Assembly: GCA_030141605.1 (NCBI GenBank)
Contig: JAQGDQ010000142.1
Location: 372,001-436,000, forward strand
DNA: 64,000 bases
Origin: Tubiluchus corallicola
Lineage: Eukaryota > Animalia > Priapulida
Direction of reading: 5' to 3'
The position numbers were made by a program, and so were the translations under genes. The notes below the pieces were generated by a model. The model was given only the letters and a program-made list of their open reading frames with translations, was not told the origin of the DNA and searched no databases. Positions 52,101-64,000 of the stretch are shown in pieces; within the stretch, counting starts at the first letter, position 1; each line of letters begins with the position of its first letter.

Positions 52101-55100
52101 CTGTGCGGTACATTCATACCAACAGTACCTTGCTTCAGGTAAGTCGTTAAAGTTTGCACTTAACTTTGTGGTACATACATACCAACAGCACCTTGTTTCA
52201 AGTAAGTCGTTAAAGTTTGCACTTAACTTTGTGGTACATACATACCAACAGCACCTTGCTTCAGGTAAGTCGTTGAAGTTTGCATTTACCTTTACGATAC
52301 ATACATACCAACAGCACCTTGCTTTAGGTAAGTTGTTAAAGTTAAAATGCTTGCAATGCATAACTGTTTACCCTTATTTAGTGGAAAACATTCTAAATGT
52401 TATATTTAAATGTCGTTTGTTAAAATATACTCCAAATTGTGGGTGATTTAGAAAAGGAAATAAATAAGCAACTGGCTAGCAATTGTGTCAGTTGGGGCTC
52501 AAGATTAATAAGAAGAATAAGTGTTTATTTAGCAATTCATTTAACTCCAAATTTAAAGTTCGCTAACATTTAGTGTTGATACATTAAGTAAATGCTGACA
52601 CATTACTCAACCCTGCAGATTTAATCATGCAAAAATATTATTATGAAAGGTCATGAAGCATCGTGAGTACTAATAATCCCACGGCAACAGAAAAACTGAG
52701 AAAAGTTGGGAAGACCAGTATATTATCCCATGTGATGGAGTAAAAACTAGCTCCATCTAGTTAGCATTGTTGGAAGCACCGGATAATATACACTGTTGTC
52801 AGTATTTTCTGTTGCCTTGACATTATTAATACTTATTGGGTTTTGCTTTCCTCCTGCTAAGTCTATTGCTAAGATCATGAAGCTTATGAAAGCATCGTAT
52901 TAGTTGTCTGTATGGTTGTCTGTGTAGCTGCCTGTATGGCTGTCTGTATGGAACACTAGCAACAGAAAATTCTGATACATGCTGACAACATTATCCCATA
53001 TTTTGAATAAGGTTAACTAGATAGAGCTAGTTTTAATTCAACATGTTGGATAATATAACTTACTATTTTTAATAAAAATGTTTTCTGTATTTCCAGTACT
53101 GGTACGACCCTGCTGCATCTATCATAGGAAATGATATCTTATCAGGTAAGGCTATTGAAAATCAGCCCTTTAAACTAGGTATGGGTAAACTACGGCCTGC
53201 ACAAGATGTCTGTTTGTTTGTCTGCAAACTTACTGGGCCATATCAGATTTTGCAATCCCAGACATCATCACTTAGAATAATATACAGATTACTGAGATTT
53301 CACTGCCATGTTTTAAGTAGCATCACGCTTAAACTGAGAATGGATAACTGTTTTCATGATGCAACATCATATGAGGAATCCTGTTACATCTGTGTCTTTG
53401 TGTAAGAAACTTAAAATTAACATCGTAATTAACTAAATACTTAGAATTAACATGTTAATTAACTAAATTCTTAGAATTAACATTATAATTAACTAAATAG
53501 CTAAATACTAATATTGGTAATCATTAATTGATATAATTACTTCTTTGAAATAATGCTAGTTGTGAGGAAAAATAAAGAAAAAGTGCATTTTTTCAGAAAT
53601 TTTTTTGTCGTTGTTGGAGGAAACAAAAGCGATCACCTTTAATTTGAATATTAAGGTAAGAAAATGACATGTACCTATTGAGCTTGAATATTTTTTTGGT
53701 AGCTTTAGTGTTTTTGTGATAATTGCTGCAATATGCTGCTGTAATTTTCTTGTACTCAACAGTTATGAAAATTAATTCGTCTAGAAATTATTGCTATTTG
53801 TTTTGATTTTGACAAAATTAAAGCTAGTAAGGTTGAGTGTGTTTGTTTGTTTGTGAAAATTCATCTATGTTTATTGCAAGTGGTCAGACAATGTTAACAC
53901 TTCAAAATTGCGTCTTTCAGAATTCCAGTTTTCTAGACGAGACATGGACCATTCCAGTTTACAAGCAGTTAGAGTTTGTGCCTTGCCGAGACCTTGGAAT
54001 TCATCTAAGGTACTATATACATAACTAAGTGCTGCGAAATGTATTCATTTGTAAGAATTGGTTTTTAAAGAAAAGAACAAACCACTGAGCTATTTGGGGT
54101 TATTTTATTGTTATCATTAAACTTAGAAAAATATAACAAGGAAATTTGCAAAAATACTTTCTATAAAGCATAAAGTTAATTTATACCACAGCTGTACAGA
54201 AATTTTCTATTGTGGTGGTTGCTGTCATTCACTTCAAAATTATGACATTAGTGAGTTTTAATGGTTTTGGCATGATTTGTGATAATAGTTAGTTTAAATG
54301 AACCCATTCCTGCTGCTATCAGTTTTTTAGCATGCTAGGACGCGTTTGCCCATATTAACTTTTTTACCATTTTCATTTGCAGCTACATAAAAGAGCGGGC
54401 AGTAGTTGCAGCCGTTGACATCGGTAGTGTAGCTGCGGAAGATGTAAGTGTCTTTGATTAACTCAACATGCAGAGCTTCAGTTTTGCCATGTCCATGGCA
54501 GCAATAACATTGGGAAAGTATTCTCCATGTTAAACTTTTGCTAAAATGAAACTTTTTGTATGCAAGAACTCTTTAGGTTCTGTTTTTATATAAGTGCAAA
54601 ATAGATTATTTTAGGCTTGCATTTATAAGACAGGTCAAGGACCAAGCTTGTATTTGATATGTACGAATGTTTTTTGCAAAATACGTAAGTTATGATGTGC
54701 AATGTGTCAATATGTAAACTGCTAGTCTATTCATACCGTATATTAGTGATTTAGCGTCTATTCATAGCACATATTAGGAACAGACAAAGATACAAAGATG
54801 TGAGTTTACAAAATTACGGAGACAGGGCAGTTATTTTCATACAATTGAAATAAAGCCAGTTGTATTTGTTAATATTGCAGAACAAGATTGAAACGGGCGA
54901 CGTTTTAGATGAATTATATGGCGTCAGCCTAAATGGCGTTCGTAAGGGCCAGGTATGTTTGTGTATTTGTTATTGTGTTGCAGGAAAAGCACCACCAGGT
55001 TTAATGAATACTGTCTGATCATTCTGATTTGTGAATTAATGTATAAAATAATCCTGACGTGTAGTATCATTGCAAACATTTGATCGCAGACTATCTGTAT

Positions 55101-58100
55101 TTGCATCATAAAGCAAATTCTTTGGACTACTTGGTAGATTATTGACTGTGAAATAGCAGCTGACTGCAGGCTGCTTTAAAGGACAAGAAAATGGGTACCC
55201 GAAATAGGTCTCAGAAAAATCACCTTAAGAAATTTATATTACTTGACAGCATTTTTATGCATATATCGTATTCGCGTTAAAAAGAATTTTTGTTTGTTTT
55301 CATTTTAAATCTCACGCAGTACTGTTTCAATGTTACCGTTCCATGACGCCACCTATGCAAACGTAAATCAGGGAAAGAAATTAGGCAATGTTAAATTATG
55401 TTCCAAAAAAATTTCTATGCAAATTTTTATTACTTTGCATTACGCTTACCTGCTGGAGAGACATATAACTAGAAATAATAATTTAAAATTTCATGCTAAT
55501 TGATAAAATGTCACTGGCTCACCCTCCCGGTGCACCACTCACTAACCAAAAACGTATTTTTAATTTTACTGACAGGATACAGTAATTTATATTTTATTTA
55601 GTTAGTAACATGTGCTGAAAATGCTCTGATTATTTTTTCTACCTTCATGCGATGTTATCTAAATTTGTTTCAAACTACCTGCCATTAAAATGGCTGCGTC
55701 TAACACTCATCGCGGGAATTTAAATTTACACGTTTTATACAGCGTTACTGTCGACGCAAGCCCTCTATGCAAAAAGGCAATAAGTAAGTGGTGTGAAATT
55801 TTAAGACAATTTTTTAGCTTTATGTAAGTGGAGGGTTTTCGTGTGCTTTAAACATTTAATCTCGTTGTTGCATGAAGTAGAAAATTTCTGTTTTTTAACA
55901 TGCTGAATCTATTTTTTGCTGTTTATATTCATTGTTTATTTTACATCCATTAAAGTTATTTATGTAACTGCCATTATGGCGCCAGTCATTCTATAAACTT
56001 TGATCTGGCTGAACAGTCTTAAAGTTTTGTGTAATTTGATGTTCTCCGTGTCCACTCCTCTGTTGAATCCTAAACACGAGAAAATTTTTACTTTAAACAT
56101 CATGATTAGCGATAATAGTTAATCAATTTCCATTTTGTTCAACGAATGAGTGTTTTGTGTAATATTTTTTAAAAGAAATAATTGTTGCTATTTCTCCTTA
56201 TAATTTGCATATATTATGGGGTGATGTAATTTTGAATGACTAGTGGTTATTACATACATTAATGCAACAAAAATGGAAAAAACAGTTTTGCATCTAAAAA
56301 CAAGAGTTCTTTGATTACATAATCTACTCATTAGTTTGTCTAGGATGTTCCTGCGATGATTTTGATGGGATTTTGAAAACCTTCTAATGTAAATTTCTAA
56401 TCGTTTCAAACATTTCTGGGTTTTAGTAAATGCAGTGCAATTGTAAAATTACATGGCAATCAGGCAAAACTATGTGACAAATGCGATGTGATACAAATTG
56501 CCAGATGAAATTTTTGCTGTACATTAATCATAAACATCGCAAACACTGTTATTCATCTTCGTGCTGTGTTTGCGCTTCAGCAAATTATTTCAACAAGGAG
56601 TGCTGAAATTTACTCAGTATTCGTTTAACGTCACTTGCATTGCCTTCTCTATTCATCTGAGTCATTTTGCACATTAACATCACATTGTTGCTTAGTGCTT
56701 TTGTACTGGACGAAATTTATCGATTTGATTGCTATTTTGCAGATACCTGAGCTTCTAAAACAAAATCAGGGCTGGCCGATTTATTTGGCTGTTGTGAAAT
56801 GCCAGTTCCTGTCCGGCGTCGTCTTTCCGCCTATAGCACAACGTCTTCGAATATTAGGTATTGATCCGTCGAAGCTAGAGTCAAATGTTCATTGTATCGA
56901 AGGTGAGTGAAGCATAATATTCACACATCTGTAGTTTTCCGTTAATTATTTTCACTCTTACTTTATTTTCTGGAGTATTTAGCTATGACAGAATGAACGA
57001 AAAATTGTCAAAGTTTTGATGCCTAACTTGTTCGAAAGGAAAAAAATGTGAAAAATTTTGTATTGAGTCAGCATTTGAACCAGGAACCTTTAGATTAGAA
57101 GTCAAGTCCATGGTCAGTAGACCATGCAGTATTATCATTATGGCTGCTCTTAATTCAGTCCGTCTTACCCATCGGTCATTTTCAAGCATTAGTTTACGCT
57201 AGATTATTTGGAAAATTGAATTATTTTTTGTAATTTTGGGTGAGGAACAGTACTTGGGTAATTAAATAATACAAATGTCTCTATTTCAGTCCTGGCTCAT
57301 TCCCAACTTTTCACATTTCCTTCCTTTTGTTTTCCACATTTAGTTGTAAAACATCAATTATTGGTTCTTCATTCTTAGTTGCTTTTTATGTTTGCGATAT
57401 ATCTATTATAGTCTGTGATTTCTCAGAAATCTCATTTTTGAAGCTGCTGTTCAGCTAGTTTTGCTTCTTTGCTTGCAAAACCATATTTCTTATTAATTTT
57501 TAATTTTTGTTTTTTTTTGTTTTGTATGCCGACTTTGTATAAATAATAGAAAAAAATAAATAAATCAGTAATGGCCATTTTCTGAATAACAGATAAATAA
57601 GTAATGTATGTTAATTTTTTGAATACATTTGCAATATACAAATGTTGTAATTAGTTACATCATGACTATGGACAGACTTTGTAATTGGGGACACAATGAT
57701 GTGTCTTTTAGTGTATAGAACAGTATCCTAGATCCTTAATATTTCCTGATTTCCTTATTATACTGATGCCATTTGCATTTGTTAAGCTAAAGTTTAATTG
57801 TCATTAAATTACATTCTGCTTTTTCTTTGTTAAAATACTTTTATGTTTTGATCCCTATAATATTTAATTAGTTAAAAGCTGTTCAATTTATATAAAAGTT
57901 TCTGCTGTCTTTTTCTCTGTTAACTCCTTGACAGCATCTGCTTTGATATGTGCATTTGCAAAGAACAATGGTAGCAGCATAACAGCTCTAGCAGGGAGTA
58001 TGTAATTACGATACAGCAGCCTTTTACGTCACTATATGCGAGTGCACAGGCATTCCAACTTTTTGCCTGTGTACATCAAATTCACAGTACTGAAACAGTA

Positions 58101-61100
58101 GTTGTTACTGTACTTGTCGTTGCTGTTTGTGATGGGATAGATATGAGTGTAATAGCTTCCAGCACCTAAATGCTATTGAAAGATAAATAGTGCAGGCATT
58201 ATTTTTATTGAAAGACGAACTCATTTTTTTCATTCTGTGAACATTTATAAGCCACACTAATTGCTTACCTGAACACTCATTGTCAAAATAGCTACCAACA
58301 CTGTCAGTTTTTCTTGCTAATCGTAATGAGAAAGAGAATTGCACTAACGAAGCTAAGATCCTCGCTTGCTGAGAATTACAAAACAATGGCAGCCATGTTT
58401 TACGAGCACAACGTGAAGTGTAGGCTATTCCGGGTATTGTTTCTCCCCTCGGAAACCAGTTCCTGTAGGACGACTAGAAGGATAGAATGTCCTGCCATCT
58501 TATGAATAAATCCATAACGAATTGTTTTTAGTGCCCGGTGCATATTGGGCCTCGGGGAAAATAAAAGCTTGCTAGTGAAGCAGTATCATGGTAACGTCTC
58601 ATTGCTTACACATACTTCTATAGACTTTTGACAACGAGTCATTCTGGTGGCAACACAGCCCGGGGGTTAAAGGAAAGGACAAGTCACTCAGCATGTTGTG
58701 TTTCTTTTACTGTTATCACTTGAACTTAGAAAAATATAACAAATAAATTTGCAAAAACTGCCTATAAAGCGTAAATTTAAAACATACCACCGCTGAATAG
58801 AAATTTGCAGTCATTCACTTGAAAATCATGACATAACTGGGAGACTTCGTGAAGTTCCGTAAGCGCGTGCTGTTTAAGCTAATTTTCAAACTTCTGCAGC
58901 TTACCTAATGTTCATGCAAAAATATTGCAAAATTAGCTATCTATTTTTTTTTGTGAAAACTTGCTATACTTTTGGTGAAGATTGACAGTGTGCTACTTTC
59001 TTCAAGACGAATGACGTCAAGAATGGGCATTAAAAATAGGAGCGCCCAACCATAAAGTGATCACGACTTTAAAGTGATTTTACTAATTACATAAGGCGCT
59101 TATTGCAGTTTTATTACTAAATCCTTCTAATATTTTCCCAAACAGATAAGTAAGCCTAACCTCACAGATGCCTTGGCCTTTCCTTTAATGTCTGTCAAGG
59201 ACATGTTTGTGCTATTTCAATTTTATTCACTTGCTTAACTGTTCGTAGTGTGTTAACAAAAGACAATTTCTGCTCTCATTTTAATGAGATGATTTTTCTT
59301 CATTTCTGTAGGAGGGCCACAGCATCACCAGAGGCACTTGGCAGCCGAGAATTTAGGAGGTGCTACAATACCACGAATTTCTCCTCCTCCTCATGCCCAG
59401 CTTCCGGAGCACGATCTGGATGAAGTTCCCGTAAACATCCCCGATGGAAAGTACGTCGAGTCACCTGATTTGTGCAATACTTTTTTATCTGACAGAGTTC
59501 TATGTGGTTAATTGACTCATCTCTTAGCAACTTTCCATTAGACATGCGTGCTTGTCGAGAACTGTTTTGTACTCTTATTATGTGCAGGGGTGTGAAGCAA
59601 AAGCATCAGTTTTATGAAGAACAAGTTTAACTGGAGATTTATGTGAAATTTTGCACCAGATTAATTATCCTTAGCCCTTCTTTGTTTCTGAAGTATAACA
59701 TTTTACAGAAATCAATACTGCCTCATTTCCAAGTATATAATTCAATAGATGAAAGGCCTTACGATGCTTTCAGACTAGTGAGTTTTCTATCTGACAGCAA
59801 AAACTTCAAAAGGTGAACTGCTTTACAACTTACTGTTGTCAAGAAATTACAAACTCTCTGATATTAATTGAAGTTATTGAACACACAAGTTACTTGATGA
59901 GTTAACTCGCTAGTCTGAACGCACCATTAGAAAAGTGGCATCTACTATTACAGCACTGTTTCTGTTGTATACACAAACTGAATTTACTTAGGACGCTGCA
60001 GGTATAGCTGAATGTATTTGTATTTATATTAGTATTATTAATATTGTTGTTGTTGTTGTTGTTGTTGTCGTCACTATTGTTGCTGCTGTCATTGATTTTA
60101 TTTGTTTTTATTATTATTACAGAACACAGTATCTTGTGAAGTACGTTGGACGAGTTGACGTAGGAGAAGTAAGTTGTTGCTACCATCTGTATCAGTATCG
60201 TCAAATGTTTCTTTTTTTACAATCTGCAGCTGGAATAATAGAAATCTTAGAAATAATATGCTCCTTTATGCTGTCAGAATGGTGTTCATTAATTAAGCAA
60301 CGGTCATTGGTCATTGCAGTAGTGCAGGCTCTCATGCCCATTGGGTATAGTGACGAGTCAAAATAAAGATGCACATACATTTGCAAAGCATTGCGTATGG
60401 AGTGAATACTGCATAGAAGCAGGTTTGGGGAACACTGGCGTAGCAAGTTTTGATCGTTTGTTTCATAGGTGAAGCCGCAAATTGTGTGCATTTTTGCGTC
60501 CCTGAGTCTGACTTTCCTTTTCAACATGATGCAATAAAGATTTCTAAGAATTACCCTGAGTTTGATTTGCAGTACTGCACCTGAGTAACTCTTTTCTATG
60601 CAGTCGTTGTGCGTAACATGACGGTATTTAAACATTTAGCTCCAGCATTAAAACATGCAAAGATTATGAAAGGTACGGAACGCTACAGGTTTTCACAATA
60701 ATACAATCGACATGCCAATGTTTCTTCCAAAATTGTCTATCTGCTAAATCACATGGCATTCTACGCACGCCTTTAAGTAACAACATTAGCCTTTTTTCTA
60801 GACTGTATGTAGTAATTAAGTCAGCTGCGAAAATCTCTGACTAAGCAATTATGTTGTAGTTTGGAAACTTTTGTTAATTGTTTTGTTAATGTCGGATCTG
60901 TAATTAATAATTAACTGTCTTTAAATCCTTGAAGAATTTTGCGCCCTCTCACTTTTATGCCCTGGGGTGAATGCCCCCCTTGCTACGCCTCTGTTAGGGA
61001 AATCAGAATACCAGAATGAAAATTCATACAAGCGAGCTCTGATGAGTTAATTGAACGTTATAGAAGGGAAATTGAAATGACACAAATGAATGCAGGTGGA

Positions 61101-62043
61101 GCAGGTAAAAACTTCCCGAAACTTACTGTTAACCGTGCTAGAAAAACCCATTGCTAATTGTATGAAAACGAAACATTAATTTAAAATGAAACATGCTGAC
61201 GTCAGTTTCAGACCCTGGAGTGCGTCTAACTAATCTAGTTGAAAAATTTCTAACTTAACTCAGAAAGTAACAAATGCATTTTTTTTAATTTTCTTCCTAT
61301 CATGACACACAGATTATTGCTTATACAAGAACCAGCCATCTGCTACAAAATAAAACCTCACATCTCAGTTGTAAAATTTGTAAAGACTATGAAAAGTTTT
61401 TGTTGTCGGTGCTGTTAGATAATTGTCTTCTAGTCGTTTTTAACAGTAAAAATTTAATGCTTTGTTTTGGGATAAAGTGGGTTATTGTAACAGACAATTT
61501 AGCAAACAAAAGGCAATTTTAGATTTGGATCATCACCATAATCACCTCTGATGCCATTTAGAAAGCAAAGTGAGCAAAAACTAACCAGAAACCTAAAGCC
61601 TTGATGTCCAACATTTTGATGCGCAATTCAGAAAGAGTTGTCAGTCTTAGTCTAAGTTATTGCTATAATTGTTGGTCTAAACAATTTTCGACATTTTACG
61701 CTTTTGAGAAACTCCATATTTATCAAACAAACTGTTTAAGTAAGATAGGAATTAACTTTAGAAACTGTTATTAAATTTTCCACAACTACTAAGGCTACAG
61801 AGTGATTCATCGTAAAAATGTTTTATAGTATGGTGGCGTGGCAGTCATTGAGAATGGTATTCAAGAAGTTTTGCGTAGAGCGTCAGACATTGAGAAACAG
61901 GATGTCTACTTCGACCTCGGGGACACAGATGTCACTGTTACGCTGAAAAACTCTTGCAAAGTCCTGCTTAAGCATTCCTATACTGAGATTTCATCATGTG
62001 GCAGACGCGTGGATTCAGTGGATTTCTTTGCTTATATTGCTGG
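49180..62043 (+). CDS. RUN + PDZ + PTB/PID domain adaptor protein (3' end beyond the window)
   Basis: Phase-compatible GT-AG exons: 49180-49216, 50164-50271, 50990-51065, 51655-51706, 52031-52138, 53097-53145, 53597-53655, 53921-54009, 54383-54443, 54881-54952, 56743-56902, (57935-57997 optional), 59312-59450, 60123-60168, 61829-62043. RUN-like motifs FCETIEEIFRQGLK, DYYNWI, GRGRLFIRFAL, WYDPAASII, FLSLL...ITFNL. PDZ-like LGIHLSYIKERAVVAAVDIGSVAAEDNKIETGDVLDELYG. PTB-like YLVKYVGRVDVG...HSYTEISSCG...FFAYIAG. Confidence 0.85.
52087..52342. repeat. 63-bp tandem repeat x4 spanning the exon 5 splice donor of the RUN-domain gene
   Basis: Unit AAGTTTGCACTTAACTTTGTGGTACATACATACCAACAGCACCTTGCTTCAGGTAAGTCGTTA; GTAAGT at 52139, 52202, 52265 and 52328. 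Confidence 0.93.
52680..53060. mobile_element. Two copies of a short (~140 bp) palindromic MITE-like element in opposite orientations
   Basis: 52680-52820 is bounded by GGCAACAGAAAAACTGA and TCAGTATTTTCTGTTGCC; a related inverted copy lies at ~52955-53060. Confidence 0.55.
53410..53500. repeat. 30-bp AT-rich tandem repeat x3
   Basis: Units of the form TTAGAATTAACATGTTAATTAACTAAATTC. Confidence 0.8.
54105..54250 (+). repeat. Dispersed repeat family E copy
   Basis: Similar to 58710-58840 and to the reverse complement of 33260-33410. Confidence 0.7.
58710..58840 (+). repeat. Dispersed repeat family E copy
   Basis: Similar to 54105-54250. Confidence 0.7.
60043..60068. repeat. (TTG)n microsatellite just upstream of an acceptor in the RUN-domain gene
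   Basis: Short perfect TTG run. Confidence 0.85.
60433..60993. mobile_element. Non-autonomous hAT element (561 bp)
   Basis: Left CACTGGCGTAGCAAG and right CTTGCTACGCCTCTG are inverted repeats; 8-bp flanks TTGGGGAA / TTAGGGAA match 7/8. Confidence 0.8.
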
Positions 62044-62099
62044 GTGAGTTATCTCTTATATTAATATTCTTGGTATGGGCTTAATATATTTATTTATTT

Positions 62100-62372
62100 A
62101 TATATATATAAGATTCGAGGCTACAGCTTCGACGAGGGCACCATTTGCGGCGATCTATACATCAAACGAAAGGTCTCGATCTAGTGTCGTGCCATTGATG
62201 GTTTATTTTTTGAATTGGGCTCACCGGAAGGAAGGGGGGACGAAAAACCTCCAAAAATGGCCCTTTTTCGGCCGTTTTTTGCAAAAGTTATACGGCTGAG
62301 ATGTAGAGAACGGGAACGGGCCGAGGGGGGTACTGGGTATGGATAGATAGCCCGTTCAGCGGTGGGTGTAGT
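62100..62372 (+). mobile_element. Possible non-autonomous Helitron-like insertion
   Basis: GC/CpG-rich island in an AT-rich intron; starts with (TA)n and ends with an imperfect GCCCG...TGGGT hairpin followed by GTAGT. Termini are not canonical. Confidence 0.4.
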
Positions 62373-64000
62373 ATTTGTAATTAATGTACTGTAGGATTTT
62401 GCAAGAAAACTGTCTGTTATTATGTCTGGTTTGCAAGATCATAAGTCTAAACTGTATTTACAGTCTAACGTGGTGCTTTCACACACTGATTGCTTTTTCC
62501 CAAGCAATTTTAGCTACTTTTTCCGGTGCTACTACATGCTTAGCAAATCTCGCACAAGAAGCTCTATAATTCTTGCAAAAGAGAAACTGGGCTACAATAT
62601 GCTTTGTCTGTCTTTTAAAAAGATGCTTATTAAACTGAATGTAGGCTGTCCAAAATCTGTTTTGGCGATTTCTTGCTAACTGCGTATAATTTGTGTAGCC
62701 AGTTCTGTGAGATTACTGTTATTAGCTTGTAGATCGCAAGTTAAAGCAGTCGTTACTATGTAAAGTGCTTGCACATTATTGATTAAAACAGCAATTTCAA
62801 TTTAATTATGTTTACATTTTTGATAAGCTACAGTAAGTTTTTGCTCAAAGACTCTCCATTTAGCGACGTTGAACATTTGACACGTTTTTCTCACTTAATG
62901 AAGCATTTTTTACTTTAACGATGATTTTGTACTTTGCTCTCAGCCATTTTTTATTTTATCACCAAATTTTTTAGCTAATTTGAAGCATTAAAATGGTACA
63001 TATTGCATTATTCTGTTCTAAAACTACACCTAAACCCAACAGTACGATTATTATAATGTTTTTGCTTCCCGACTGACTACGAACTGTGTAAAGCGACATA
63101 TGTTTGCTGATTTATATGCCTCCAGACATCTGAGTTTAAACTTTATGCTAAGGAATTTTGTCTGCAACCTGTTGCAACAACAACTATATGAAATTGTCTT
63201 AAGGTCGTTCTGTGCAGGGCTTGGCTTTCACTATGCAGTGTTTAACTGCTAACTGGCTATATATAGGCTTCAACGTTAAGAAAAGAGATATCTAGCTAGA
63301 TATTGGTAAGAAAGAGAGATGGTTTCAAGTAAACAGAAAGAAATTAATCAGTAGAAATATGGATAAAACTCATAAAACGTTTAATTTATATGATTTATCA
63401 GCATTGATTTTTGCCTCTGGAACGAATCTCAATTCTTTTAGATTACTTTTTATAGAAGCCTTGGTTTCGTGTAACGATGTTTCGCTTAGCATCGCATTTT
63501 GCTGGAACGCATTAGCGTTGTTAAACAAGGACTTGCTGTATGATGATTTTATTACTAATACGCTATTTATTATTTGATTCATTCATTATTTCATGTTAAA
63601 TTGTTAAAGTAAAACAGGATGATTTTCATATCTTACCGAATATTGAAATACGGTAAAAGTGTACAATTTAAGACCTATAATAATGCCAAAGTGTTTTTGG
63701 TAATTAAATAATTGGTTAAAGACTTAATTAACGGCGGCTGAGCTCAATTACTGGTGACATCACAACTGAACATAATTTTCAACAGCACAAACATTCCACA
63801 AGCGTGTTGCACATGTTTGCGAAAGCAAAAATGGAAGTACGGTGCTACTGTATAACATTTAGTGTAATATAGAAAAACTCGGCAAATTTTAAGATAAAAA
63901 TTACAAGTTTACCACTGTGCTCATGCATGAGCTCTCGAACGTATGCACGACATCACAACTGAATACCTCTTGTGCAACGCGTTTCCGAGATGCTGGCGCT

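Noticed and set aside
55177-56020. TTAA-AGGACAAG start suggesting a Kolobok-like element
   Set aside because: I could not find a matching right terminus, so boundaries are unsupported.
57070-57130. tRNA-like fragments (minus strand GACTTCTAATCTAAAGGTTCCTGGTTCAAAT; also ~51105-51140 and ~25815-25875)
   Set aside because: Only anticodon-arm or B-box-like pieces with no acceptor stem or full cloverleaf; probably decayed SINE heads.
60998-61103. AG...GT-bounded purine-rich segment as an extra exon of the RUN gene
   Set aside because: Stop codons in all three frames, and exons 60123-60168 and 61829-62043 already join in frame.

Overview
AT-rich, intron-rich eukaryotic DNA, most likely an invertebrate animal; nearly all entries in the supplied ORF track are exon fragments or spurious. 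By hand-splicing at GT..AG junctions I reconstruct five protein-coding genes on alternating strands: (1) the 3' part of an NWD1-like NACHT/WD40 gene (+, ends 6587 in a CaaX box, CVVL); (2) NXT1/2 (p15) (-, 8815-10386); (3) PPP1R7/Sds22 (+, 13608-20220); (4) a complete 16-exon GMP synthase (-, 26203-44812); (5) a RUN-PDZ-PTB adaptor gene (+, from 49180, running off the right edge). Introns and intergenic DNA hold many non-autonomous DNA transposons (hAT-like with 8-bp TSDs, Tc1/mariner/pogo-like and CACTG-ended with TA), LINE remnants and mini/microsatellites. The most unusual pattern is that three different genes carry tandem repeats seeded from the 3' end of a coding exon. In PPP1R7 the second repeat unit supplies the stop codon, and the same unit forms a 3'-UTR minisatellite. 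In GMPS a 58-bp unit repeats the splice donor five times and reads as 40-nt mini-intron plus 18-nt in-frame micro-exon. In the RUN gene a 63-bp unit repeats the donor four times. There is also a tandem plus nested self-insertion of one hAT MITE family with intact TSDs. No CRISPR array, rRNA or intact tRNA was found. All homology calls are from memory of the protein families, not from database searches.
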